A stretch of DNA of 64,000 nt, from positions 1 to 64,000 of the forward strand of contig JAEOTZ010000050.1 of the NCBI GenBank assembly GCA_016839585.1. Reading direction: 5' to 3'. Positions 29,612 through 39,234 of this stretch are shown in pieces (position 1 is the stretch's first letter; every line of letters starts with the position of its first letter). Made by a program: the position numbers and the translations under genes. Below the pieces are notes generated by a model, which worked only from the letters and a program-made list of their open reading frames with translations, was not told the DNA's origin and ran no database searches. The DNA is from Promethearchaeota archaeon. Its GTDB lineage: Archaea; Asgardarchaeota; Lokiarchaeia; Sigyniarchaeales; SOKP01.

Positions 29612-31114
29612 ATGCCGAATGAAAATAAAATTCTTTTTGTTCAAATCTATGCTGGAGGAGGTATTGCTTCAGAGTTTTTATATAGAAAACCATCGCAGTA
29701 TAGAGAAGAACTTCTCAATACTTATCCTGAAATGAAAAAATGGGCAAAAGAAGAAATATTTAATCAGATCCGAGAATGGCCAAATGAAATTGATATTCGA
29801 TATGAAGCAGATGCTATTAATCTTTCAGGTCGTTTTTTAGCAGATAATATAATAACACCTTCAAAAGTTATCGACATACCTGTTAATCCAGAACTTTTAA
29901 TTTCTGAATTGGAAAAGGATTCTTATACTCATGTAGGGTTTTCAATAATCTCTAATGATTACACGAACTTTATAAAGTGTGCTCAAGCAGTTAAAACTTA
30001 CGATCCATCAATAAAAACTGTCGCAGGAAGTACAGGAGCCATGTTTGAAGAAACTAAGAATTATGTTGATTATATATGTATTGGTAGAGGAGTCCCATTC
30101 CTAAGAAAGTTATTTAATGAAAAAATTGACGACCCTTTTCATCTCTCTATTATGCCTAATCGACTTCAATGGAGATATATGAATCTTGAAATCCCGAACG
30201 AATTATATAGAATTGTGACTAAGATTGGGTGCCCTTTAACATGCGATTTTTGCACAACTCCTAAAATGTACAATAACGAATATACAGGAGAACTATTTTC
30301 TCCTAAATATGTTCATGATGCATTAGTAGAATTCAGAGAAAAACTTAGTAAAGATAAACTACTTGTTTATTTTGAAGAACCTACTTCTTTATATTCATTA
30401 AAATGGTGGTATGAATTTTTTGATCTATTTAAAGAGGATTATGGAGATTTTGGTTTTATTGTTTATAGTATTACATCGGTCTTGAATAAATTAAACCTTG
30501 ATAAAATATCGAAATATGCTGCCAGACTTCATATTGTTAATTTTGGAATTGAAAGTTTTAATAAAAATTATAATAAGAACATTAAAGTCGATATAAGATC
30601 CTTAATTCATAGATTATCTGACTATGGTATTATAACAAATCCCAATTATATTATTGGTTTTGATTTTGATTCTAAAGAAAGCGTTTGGGACGATATTAAA
30701 AAATTAATAGATCTCAGAGCTGAGGTAAATACTGTTCTTCATTTACATCCTCATCCTATGACTGATATTTGGGAAGAATTATATTCTCAAAATCGTTTAC
30801 TCGATATTCCACCCGATTTTTATTTTATACATGGATTTCAATCATTTATTCATCCTCATTTTAAACCAGGATTTGAAGATATCCTTCCTTTACTCTGTGA
30901 TATTTATGATTTTATTGAAAAAGAAACTGGAGATAAAATCTTATATGTTGCTCAGACTATGAAAAATTTATTAAATCACACAAATCATCCAAATCTTTTT
31001 AAAAAGGAAATACGAAGTTTATTATCAATTGGAAAATCATTATATCCAAAATGGAAGGAATTCTTTAAACCTAATGAAAGACAAGATTCAAATTTTTTAA
31101 ATCATTTAAAATAA
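29612..31114 (+). CDS. Radical SAM protein, probably with a B12-binding-type N-terminal domain
   Basis: GCPLTCDFC (CxxxCxxC), FGIESF, YIIGFDFD; N-terminal HVGFS..VAG..DYICIGRG. Confidence 0.8.
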   Translation: MPNENKILFVQIYAGGGIASEFLYRKPSQYREELLNTYPEMKKWAKEEIFNQIREWPNEIDIRYEADAINLSGRFLADNIITPSKVIDIPVNPELLISELEKDSYTHVGFSIISNDYTNFIKCAQAVKTYDPSIKTVAGSTGAMFEETKNYVDYICIGRGVPFLRKLFNEKIDDPFHLSIMPNRLQWRYMNLEIPNELYRIVTKIGCPLTCDFCTTPKMYNNEYTGELFSPKYVHDALVEFREKLSKDKLLVYFEEPTSLYSLKWWYEFFDLFKEDYGDFGFIVYSITSVLNKLNLDKISKYAARLHIVNFGIESFNKNYNKNIKVDIRSLIHRLSDYGIITNPNYIIGFDFDSKESVWDDIKKLIDLRAEVNTVLHLHPHPMTDIWEELYSQNRLLDIPPDFYFIHGFQSFIHPHFKPGFEDILPLLCDIYDFIEKETGDKILYVAQTMKNLLNHTNHPNLFKKEIRSLLSIGKSLYPKWKEFFKPNERQDSNFLNHLK

Positions 31115-31227
31115 AAATACTCTATTATCATTCCAGAGTAAATTATTATGTAAAATCAAGAAACTTGAAGATATGAAATTTGATGTGATAGTCTTAAAGA
31201 AACAACAATATGATAAAAATGTTCAAT

Positions 31228-32025
31228 TTAACTTTTTCTTCTAGTTTGAACATAAAATAATATGACGAAAAGATTTGTCAGAAAATGAAATATCCAAGGA
31301 TATAATAACCCTAAATTTATTAATGCATAAAAATAAATTAAAGATGATATTAGAGTAGAAAGCACATGACCCAGATTTTTCGAAGCAGAATAATGTACTA
31401 TTCCAAATAGACATGAAATAAAAAATATGCTAAAAACAAGATCCCAATTAAGGGAATAAATCAAAACACTTAAAAATAAACATCTGTAAATAAATTCCTC
31501 CACAAAGGCTCCAAGAGGAAAAAGAACTAATAAAAGAATTATTTTCTTGTTGGTTATATCTTGAGTAAAAAATTCAAATATCTCATCTCCCTTCCAATCT
31601 GTATTAACTTTCATACTTATCGAAAAATAGATTTTAACACCTATTAATTTTAGAAATATTAGTGAAAACATAAGTAGGATTAAAAAAAGGTTATATTGAT
31701 GTTTAATACCTATTAAATCATAAAAATCTATCAAAAAAGGGGGAGTAAAAGCCTCATAAAAAAAAATTATATCTAAAAGAAAAGTTATTGGAATTAAAAT
31801 TAGTAAGATATAAAGTATTTTAGCTCCTAATTCTATCCCCTCTTTTATATTTTTAGTTAAAGAGTATAATGTCAAAAATAAAATTGAAAAACAAATTAAA
31901 ATCAGAATAGGAATAAAGTCAAATGTTGAATAAAAAAACCACAATAAGAAAAATAAAAAAATGATTAGATTATAAATAATATTATTTTTAATTCTAACCT
32001 CTGTTTTGTTCTCGTCAGTTTCCAT
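31228..32025 (-). CDS. CPBP (Abi/Rce1-like) intramembrane glutamic endopeptidase
   Basis: EEFIYR, FGIVH, HFLTN motifs in a multi-TM protein. Confidence 0.85.
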   Translation of the reverse strand: METDENKTEVRIKNNIIYNLIIFLFFLLWFFYSTFDFIPILILICFSILFLTLYSLTKNIKEGIELGAKILYILLILIPITFLLDIIFFYEAFTPPFLIDFYDLIGIKHQYNLFLILLMFSLIFLKLIGVKIYFSISMKVNTDWKGDEIFEFFTQDITNKKIILLLVLFPLGAFVEEFIYRCLFLSVLIYSLNWDLVFSIFFISCLFGIVHYSASKNLGHVLSTLISSLIYFYALINLGLLYPWIFHFLTNLFVILFYVQTRRKS

Positions 32026-32134
32026 TAAAAATTATCTTTGACTTTTGTGTTTAATTTGTATTAGATCTACTATCCTTTATTATTTTTTAATCTATTTACA
32101 AAATCCTATAATGATTATAGGATTATTTTGTATA

Positions 32135-32222
32135 CTCCTTTGGAATAATATAGAAAATCTTTTTTGGAGGTTTTAATACTTTTTTTACTTTATCAACCTC
32201 AAAAGTTCACATTGGAACTGAG
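32135..32222 (-). pseudogene. Degenerate remnant of the 3' end of the sagB-like gene at 33819
   Basis: Translates SVPM*TFEVDKVKKVLKPPKKIFYIIP versus SVPIGAFEDDNVKKVLKLPKKIEPLYIIP in the intact gene. Confidence 0.8.
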
Positions 32223-32272
32223 AAAGCAGTTAACTAAATTTTGAAAGATGAAAATAAATTGATTAAAAGAAA

Positions 32273-33613
32273 TTATTTATAATTTCTTTTCTTTAGTGAA
32301 ATTACTGTTATAATACCAATTACAAAGAAAAGCACTAATAAGTAATACCCAGATATTATTTGGTCTTTTTCTGTTTTTTCTACATTATATTTCACCAGAA
32401 CCATATCATAAAGTCCTGCACCGAAACTATATGTGTATCCTGCAATATAAACATTGTCAGACCAATCCAATATCACTTCTTCGCTAACATCATTATTACT
32501 TCCACCCCACATGTGCAACGATTTCAGCTCGCCGGAACTGCTATATTTCGCCAGAATTATCTCATCTAATCCCACCCCAGGATTGTCTATGTATCCCGTA
32601 ACATAAATATTATCTGAAGAATCCACTGCCACTCCCCTCGCATATACATCATCAGTCACTCCCAAAGAACGATTCCATAACTGTATACCAGAATTGTCAT
32701 ATTTCGCTATAACTATATTATAACTTCCCCCACCAAAACTTAAAGTGGTTCCTATTAGATAGACATTGTCAGAAGAATCCACTGCAACTCTCCCATCGTA
32801 GTCTCGACTACCCCCACCCCATGTGCGATTCCATTGCTGCACACCAGAACTGTCATATTTCACTAGAACTATATCATCATTTCCTGCTCCAAAACTCCAA
32901 GTATATCCCGCAAGATAAATATTGTCTGATGAATCAATACCTAATCCCTGGCTAAAATCAAGACTACTCCCACCCCATGTGTGATTCCATTGCTGCACAC
33001 CAGAATTATCATATTTCACTAGAATTATATCAGAACCTCCCTCCCCGAAGCTCTCTGTTCTCCCTGCAATATAAACATTGTCTAAAGAATCCAGGGTCAC
33101 TCCCCAGGCACTATCATCATTAATCCCGCCCCATGTCTTATTCCATTGCTGTATACCGGAACTGTCATATTTTACTAGAACCAAATCAAAACCTCCTGCC
33201 CCGAAATTGTCCGTATACCCTGCAAGAAAAATATTACCTGACGAATCTACTATTACTCCTCTGCCAGAATCAAGATTACTCCCACCCCATGTGCGATTCC
33301 ATTGCTGTATACCAGAACGGTCATATTTTACTAAAACCATATCTCTATCACCTGCTCCATAACTCCAAGTATCTCCCGTAAGATAAATATCGCCTGATAA
33401 ATCCACTGCTACCCCCCTGCCATAATCATTATCACTTCCACCCCATGTGCGATTCCAATCATTTACATTTGAATTGCTAGCAGAAATAAGGGGCAAAATA
33501 TTTTTAATTTCTTTATCATTACAATTATTAAGAGAAGTGGTATTTCCTTGAAATATACAACTAAAATGCAGGATTAAAATAAATATTATTAAATAGGTTT
33601 TTTTAATTTTCAT
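32273..33613 (-). CDS. SBBP-repeat beta-propeller surface protein with Loki-CTERM-like anchor
   Basis: About 7 repeats of WNRTWGG..D.G.GVAVDSS.NIY.AG.T.SFGAG..D.VLVKYD; C-terminus ISGY-TM-KKR. Confidence 0.85.
   Translation of the reverse strand: MKIKKTYLIIFILILHFSCIFQGNTTSLNNCNDKEIKNILPLISASNSNVNDWNRTWGGSDNDYGRGVAVDLSGDIYLTGDTWSYGAGDRDMVLVKYDRSGIQQWNRTWGGSNLDSGRGVIVDSSGNIFLAGYTDNFGAGGFDLVLVKYDSSGIQQWNKTWGGINDDSAWGVTLDSLDNVYIAGRTESFGEGGSDIILVKYDNSGVQQWNHTWGGSSLDFSQGLGIDSSDNIYLAGYTWSFGAGNDDIVLVKYDSSGVQQWNRTWGGGSRDYDGRVAVDSSDNVYLIGTTLSFGGGSYNIVIAKYDNSGIQLWNRSLGVTDDVYARGVAVDSSDNIYVTGYIDNPGVGLDEIILAKYSSSGELKSLHMWGGSNNDVSEEVILDWSDNVYIAGYTYSFGAGLYDMVLVKYNVEKTEKDQIISGYYLLVLFFVIGIITVISLKKRNYK
32500..33460. 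repeat. Intragenic ~156 bp tandem repeats (propeller blades)
   Basis: CCCATGT core recurs near 32818, 32974, 33130, 33286 and 33442. Confidence 0.8.
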
Positions 33614-33818
33614 TTTAATTATTTCTTTAGATCTTCATTTTATTAATATATATCTAGACAAATTTTTTATAAAAATTTTATGTACCAAGAATACGAAAAA
33701 GTTGAATAAAGACTAGTTATAAATCATAATTATTAAATAACTGTAATTTTTAATTAAAAAAATAATACAAATTACTCAAATAAATTATCAAAAAAATTTC
33801 ACAATTTCTATGAAATAA

Positions 33819-34391
33819 TTAAGGATAACCTATGGGAATAATATAGAGAGGTTCAATCTTTTTTGGAAGTTTTAATACTTTCTTTACATTATCATCCTCA
33901 AAAGCTCCTATTGGCACTGAAGCTAAATCTAAAGCAACAGCTTCTAGATGTATATTTTGAGCGCAATGTCCAACTTCCATAAATACATATCGTATTCCTC
34001 TTTGACGATAATTCCAAGTTGTTCTTGAATATTCAGCACAAATAATAATATTCATATATGATTCAGCAATAGACTCTTGATCCCAAGACGCAGCTGCTAA
34101 TTTACCTTCTAATTTCTCCTCAGTAACTAATTCTAAAGAATGTCTATCAATATCATAGTGAAAAAAGCCTTTATCCTTTATTGTGACATAAATCTCTAAA
34201 GGATATGTTGCGCCAGCAGAGGGTACAGTTCTTTTATATCCCTTTTTTCCTTGTGTTGCCCATAGAATCTGTGAAATCTTCTCAATTTCAATACTTTTCT
34301 TTTTATAATGTCTTACACTCTCACGTTCATAAATACATTCTTCAAGACTTTTAATCCCCTTTAGTTTTGGCTTTGGAAGTTGGATTGCTAT
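33819..34391 (-). CDS. SagB/ThcOx-family dehydrogenase (190 aa, probable ATA start)
   Basis: Frame is open 112 codons upstream of the called ATG: IQLPKP..ERESVRHY..RTVPSAGATYPLE; continues into EVGHCAQN. Confidence 0.85.
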   Translation of the reverse strand: MAIQLPKPKLKGIKSLEECIYERESVRHYKKKSIEIEKISQILWATQGKKGYKRTVPSAGATYPLEIYVTIKDKGFFHYDIDRHSLELVTEEKLEGKLAAASWDQESIAESYMNIIICAEYSRTTWNYRQRGIRYVFMEVGHCAQNIHLEAVALDLASVPIGAFEDDNVKKVLKLPKKIEPLYIIPIGYP

Positions 34392-34500
34392 TTTTTAACA
34401 CCTTTAATTTAAGATTTTATAATCTAATAAAGAATATTCAATTAATATTTATTTCCTTGATAATAACAAGTTTTATTTTTATCAAATGAAATAAGTTCTT

Positions 34501-34854
34501 ATGGCATCAGAACCTATTTTGGAAGGCATGTTCCAAGAATGGAATGATTTAAATAAACAAGCCCAAGAATCTCTTGGACAATTTGATTTCTCTAAAATTA
34601 AGGAAATAAGAAAAAAACAGAAAAAACTTGAAGATTCTATATTTAATGTACTTAAAGATAATGCGCCAGATAATATTAAAAAGATATTACCTGAAGTTGG
34701 TGAGATGGAAGTTGGTTTTGAAAGTGAAGGTAATATTTTTTATTTTGTAATGTATGATCCTGAAGATGAGGATGATGAAAATCCAAAACTTATTGCAATC
34801 ACTCTTGATGCTAATAAAAAGGTTGATATGATTAAAGATTTTGAAATTGAATAA
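34501..34854 (+). CDS. Hypothetical acidic protein
   Basis: 117 aa ORF with ATG start. Confidence 0.65.
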   Translation: MASEPILEGMFQEWNDLNKQAQESLGQFDFSKIKEIRKKQKKLEDSIFNVLKDNAPDNIKKILPEVGEMEVGFESEGNIFYFVMYDPEDEDDENPKLIAITLDANKKVDMIKDFEIE

Positions 34855-34891
34855 CTAAAAGAAAAAAGAAAATAAATTAGAAATAAGTTAC

Positions 34892-36421
34892 TTAAAACTT
34901 ATCCGAATCATCATACCATTCTGGAAACCACTGATAATACTCTTTTGGGAATGCTTTCTTTAATCCCAAGTATGTTGCTTTAACTAATACCATCTTACCA
35001 GAACGGTCTCTATGGGAAACAACGAGCTTTTGTTTTTCAAGTGATTCTAAAATCTTTCCAATAGTAGACCTACTACCCCCGATATCTTCCTTTATATCAT
35101 CAATAGTCATATATATTCCTGGATTAACTTTATAATCGTGAGCAATAACTTTTAAAATATTTTCCTCGTTTACATCTAATCCTTTAAATTTCGACTCTCT
35201 TTTTGAGATAATGGGTGCATTAACCTCATCATTCCATCTTAATCTGATATGTTTATTATACATGGGTAACATTGAACTAAACCGATATATTATCATTTTT
35301 TGAACTTCTGTTGTACCTGCTGCTATTTCTCCTATTTTTGATTCTCTTAGTATTCTCTCTACAGGAAGGAATCTAGTGAGGCCATCCCCTCCAAGGACCT
35401 GAATCGCTTTAATCCCAACTTCTCGCACGAATTCTGTATTTACCATTTTTGCAATGGAAGCTTCAATCATAGGCTCTTTACCATCATCTAATAATTTGGC
35501 ACAATGATAAGAAAACAATCTGGCTAATTTTGCTTTAGTAATAATATCTGCAATTTCATTCTGAATTCCAGGGAATTGAATCGTAGCTCGATTAAATTGT
35601 ACTCGTCGTTTTGTATAGTAAAAGAGTAAAGAAACGATGTCTTCGAATAGCCCTCCAAACACAGTGGCACCAATCAACCTTTCAAAATTCAGTCCTGCCA
35701 TCATCACATTCCAACCTTTCCCTACGGTACCAATCCGGTTTTCATCTGGTATTCTTACATTTTCAAAGTCAATATATCCATTTGGTACGTTATCAAATCC
35801 AATTAATGGATTAATTTTTTCAAGCGTAAAACCAGGTCTCCCTTTTTCTACCATAAAAGAGGTCAAATGACCATATTGTTTACGAATAGAGGGATCTTCA
35901 TTAGTTTTGGCATATATAAAATATCTGTCTGAAACACCGGCACCTGTAATAAATCTTTTTTTACCATTTATTACCCACTCATCTCCATCTTTTTCTGCAG
36001 TCGTAAAAATATTTGCGGCATCAGATCCGGCAAAAGGTTCAGTGATACAGAGTGCACCTAATTCATTCCCTTTTGCGATTTTATGAAGCCATTTTTCTTT
36101 TTGCTTTTCAGTCCCAAATCTTAGAATTTGCTCTGTACCTGCCAGCATACTCACAGTAAAGACGTGCCCTACTGCATAAAGACGTCCTAATTGCTCAGCA
36201 ACTATACATGAGCCGGTAGCACCTAATCCCATTCCTCCATACTCTCTTGGAACACCTACTCCAAAATATCCCTCATCAGCAACTTTTCTCACCAATGGCC
36301 AAGGAAACTTAGAATTCCAAAAATATTCTTCAGCTTCTTCAAAATTATCTTCTACAAATTGAGACACCTTTTTAGCAACTTCCTTTTGCTCATCTGTCCA
36401 CCAAAAAAACGGTTCAATCAT
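34892..36421 (-). CDS. Acyl-CoA dehydrogenase with C-terminal winged-helix domain
   Basis: ITEPFAGSD, NGKKRFIT, LNFERL, RRVQF, QVLGGDG, GTTEVQ; tail MTIDDIKEDIGGSRSTIGKILESLEKQKLV..KATYLG. Confidence 0.9.
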   Translation of the reverse strand: MIEPFFWWTDEQKEVAKKVSQFVEDNFEEAEEYFWNSKFPWPLVRKVADEGYFGVGVPREYGGMGLGATGSCIVAEQLGRLYAVGHVFTVSMLAGTEQILRFGTEKQKEKWLHKIAKGNELGALCITEPFAGSDAANIFTTAEKDGDEWVINGKKRFITGAGVSDRYFIYAKTNEDPSIRKQYGHLTSFMVEKGRPGFTLEKINPLIGFDNVPNGYIDFENVRIPDENRIGTVGKGWNVMMAGLNFERLIGATVFGGLFEDIVSLLFYYTKRRVQFNRATIQFPGIQNEIADIITKAKLARLFSYHCAKLLDDGKEPMIEASIAKMVNTEFVREVGIKAIQVLGGDGLTRFLPVERILRESKIGEIAAGTTEVQKMIIYRFSSMLPMYNKHIRLRWNDEVNAPIISKRESKFKGLDVNEENILKVIAHDYKVNPGIYMTIDDIKEDIGGSRSTIGKILESLEKQKLVVSHRDRSGKMVLVKATYLGLKKAFPKEYYQWFPEWYDDSDKF

Positions 36422-36735
36422 CCTTATTTATCCTCATCAATTTTACAATATTAAAATGTTCTTTAATTTTATAAGAAATAATAGTAAATTGTATTTCAAT
36501 TTTCTTTAATAATGCAGTTTTTAATCAGTTTTTTAAAATTATTTCGATAAGATAATATAAAATCCAATTGTCCTTAAAATAGAATCTTTGACAAAAAGAT
36601 TTAACTACTGTTATTTCTTTATTTTTAATATTTATACCCGATTACACTAAAAAATGAAGTGAATCTAAGATCTCTATTCCCGCATCTTTACGAGAAGGAC
36701 CAAGAACAACAAATGTTTTAGCTAAAAAAAGATAT

Positions 36736-38283
36736 ATGATTTTATATTTTATAATTATAACTTTAAGTGCTCAACCATCAATTTTATGGATTTGGTACTT
36801 CTGGCAGCATTTTCCTAAACTGGAGCTAATGTTTTATTTGCTTTTTCCTTTAGTTTTTTTTATAGGTATTATTCTTTTAATTTTGAGTTCTATTATAGTT
36901 GCAAAAGTCGCGGTATTTTTGGTAAATTTAATACATAAACCTAAAGAAGGTGTTTTTTTTAGAAACAAAAAGGATAAAGATTATTGTTATTGGAGTTTAA
37001 GATCTGTTATAAAAAAATGGCCTGTATGGCTAGCTCGTCAATTATCTTTACCTTTACTCGAATCTATAGCTTTTAAAATTTTAGGAGTAAAAACATCTTT
37101 TTCTAATTCCTTAAATGAAGGGTGGGTTGATTGTGAATTTGTTGAATTTGGTAAAAATGTAAAAATTGGTCAAGGTAGCCTTATAATGTCTAATATAATT
37201 GTTCAAGATAAATTAATCATAAAAAAGGTGATAATTAAAGATAATGTAATTATTGGTGCTCATGCTGTCGTTTTACCCGGAACTGTAATTGAACCAAATA
37301 CTATTCTTGATGTAATATCTATGACAACCATTAATCAATATCTTGAAAGTGATTCAGTATATCGGGGCGTACCTGCTAAAAAACTAGAGGAAAATAATTT
37401 AAGCAAAAATGTAGAAGCACTTAAAACCTTAATTTTTGAGGAAGCTATTGAAAAAGAGTTTAATGAAGAAGATTTAAGAGCATATGTAAAAGAATTATCA
37501 GTACCATTTCATTTTTACATTATTACCGGGTGGGTTATTATAGGATGTTCATTTATAATACCTGGATTTCTATTTATCCTATTTCTTTTTGGGGTGTTAA
37601 TTCCACATACCTTATCAACAACATTATCGTTAGAATCACTCTTGAGTATAGATGTAATTGTACTTTCATTATTAACTCCTTTAATTTTTATCGGAATATA
37701 TTTATTGCATTTATTTTTTGTTGCTCTATTTACAAAATGGTTCTATAAATTAGCAGATAAAAGAGGACCAGAGCAAGGCGTATATGATCGAAACTTAGAT
37801 GAATCTTCTACAGTCTTAGATTATTATCATTTTAGATCCTTTCTATTCAAATACCCAGTTTTCGCATTTATACGTTCTCCATTTCCGTGGTTAATAAATT
37901 GGGAATTAAAATTCATAAGATCTAATCAAGTTGGAAAAAATACAATTTTTGAGGAAGTTTTTTTCCATAGTCATATTGATTTTGGGAAAAATTGCTATAT
38001 TGGGACATTTGCTCATATTACTAATCATTTAGTTGATGGTGTATATGGGGAAGAAAATTTAACTTTTTTTGGAGCAGATGTTGGCAATAATTGTATTTTT
38101 AGTGCTTCAAATGGATCGCTGCCAGGATTGGAAATGGGAGATAATTCAACTATATTACCTATGTGTGCGACAATTAAATATGATAAGCTAGGAAAGAATG
38201 GAATATATGGTGGATTCCCTGCAAAAAAACTTGATATGAACGAAATTAAAGAAATTTTTGGAGGAGAATATGATGGAGAGTGA
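36736..38283 (+). CDS. Membrane protein with two TM-pair + left-handed beta-helix repeats (start possibly 36670)
   Basis: Two blocks of TM helices, each followed by hexapeptide repeats ending in GVPAKK / GFPAKK. Confidence 0.75.
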   Translation: MILYFIIITLSAQPSILWIWYFWQHFPKLELMFYLLFPLVFFIGIILLILSSIIVAKVAVFLVNLIHKPKEGVFFRNKKDKDYCYWSLRSVIKKWPVWLARQLSLPLLESIAFKILGVKTSFSNSLNEGWVDCEFVEFGKNVKIGQGSLIMSNIIVQDKLIIKKVIIKDNVIIGAHAVVLPGTVIEPNTILDVISMTTINQYLESDSVYRGVPAKKLEENNLSKNVEALKTLIFEEAIEKEFNEEDLRAYVKELSVPFHFYIITGWVIIGCSFIIPGFLFILFLFGVLIPHTLSTTLSLESLLSIDVIVLSLLTPLIFIGIYLLHLFFVALFTKWFYKLADKRGPEQGVYDRNLDESSTVLDYYHFRSFLFKYPVFAFIRSPFPWLINWELKFIRSNQVGKNTIFEEVFFHSHIDFGKNCYIGTFAHITNHLVDGVYGEENLTFFGADVGNNCIFSASNGSLPGLEMGDNSTILPMCATIKYDKLGKNGIYGGFPAKKLDMNEIKEIFGGEYDGE

Positions 38284-39172
38284 AAAATCTATTTCAAGAA
38301 TCGAAGATATTAAATCGATCGATATAAAAAAAATACCTATAACAACTAATGTTTTTACTTGGAATTATGTGGGAGTAATTCTCTTCCTATTATTACATAT
38401 TTTATCCTTTATGATGCCTTCTGTGATGATTTTAACTTTTTATAGTTTTGCGATGGATTCGAATTTCTTTCACTGGCGTATTTTAGTTATAGGTGTTGAT
38501 ATTTTAGTATGGTGGGGATCTTATCTTCTTATTAGTTTGCTTTTTGGAAAGTTTATTTTAATAATTTTAAAACTACTTCATAGACCCAGAGAAGGTCTTT
38601 TTAAAGTAAATACTCATGATAGAGATTACTACTTTTTTTGTTTAAGAGTAACTGTGAAAAAATACATCTTTTGGATATGGAATAATTTTTGTTTTCCCTG
38701 GGTAAACAATTTTGCATTCAAAATGTGTGATATGAGAGCAGATTTTAAAAGTACTATGTTTGATGGTTGGAGTGACGTTGAATTTATTGATTTTGGAAAC
38801 AATATAATGATTGGACAAGCTGCCCAAGTTTTTTCAAGTATTATTATTAGAATTGATAATATAGACTATCTTTTAATTAAAAAAGTAATTATAGGAGATC
38901 ATGTTGTACTTGGAGCAAATTGTATCGTTACTCCCGGTACTATTGTTTGTAAAGGAACAACCTTAGGTGTGTGGACAGTTACTCATATTAATCAAATTTT
39001 GGACCCATATTGGATTTATATTGGAAATCCAGCCAGAAAATACCAACCTGTTCAAAAAGCAATTGAAGATAGTAAGAAACAAGCAGTAAGAAGAGTTGTA
39101 GATACAGGTGAAAGAACCCAATTTGATGTCCACCAATTCATACGAAAAAAAAAAGTCAACAAAAGTAACTAA
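38270..39172 (+). CDS. Membrane protein with one TM-pair + left-handed beta-helix repeat
   Basis: HRPREGLF..DYYF, VIIGDHVVLGANCIVTPG, YIGNPARK; overlaps the upstream paralog; ATG after GGAGGAG. Confidence 0.75.
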   Translation: MMESEKSISRIEDIKSIDIKKIPITTNVFTWNYVGVILFLLLHILSFMMPSVMILTFYSFAMDSNFFHWRILVIGVDILVWWGSYLLISLLFGKFILIILKLLHRPREGLFKVNTHDRDYYFFCLRVTVKKYIFWIWNNFCFPWVNNFAFKMCDMRADFKSTMFDGWSDVEFIDFGNNIMIGQAAQVFSSIIIRIDNIDYLLIKKVIIGDHVVLGANCIVTPGTIVCKGTTLGVWTVTHINQILDPYWIYIGNPARKYQPVQKAIEDSKKQAVRRVVDTGERTQFDVHQFIRKKKVNKSN

Positions 39173-39234
39173 GATTTAAATGGTAAGAAATGGAACGTTC
39201 AAGAAAAAATGATTAAAAACAGAGATAATAAATA

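Noticed and set aside
32500-33460. CRISPR-like periodic repeats
   Set aside because: The 156-bp period is in frame within a beta-propeller CDS; no unique spacers or cas genes.
16295-34391. RiPP (TOMM) cluster from two SagB-like genes, CPBP and radical SAM
   Set aside because: Genes are dispersed, with no YcaO or precursor; stand-alone SagB-like nitroreductases are common in archaea.
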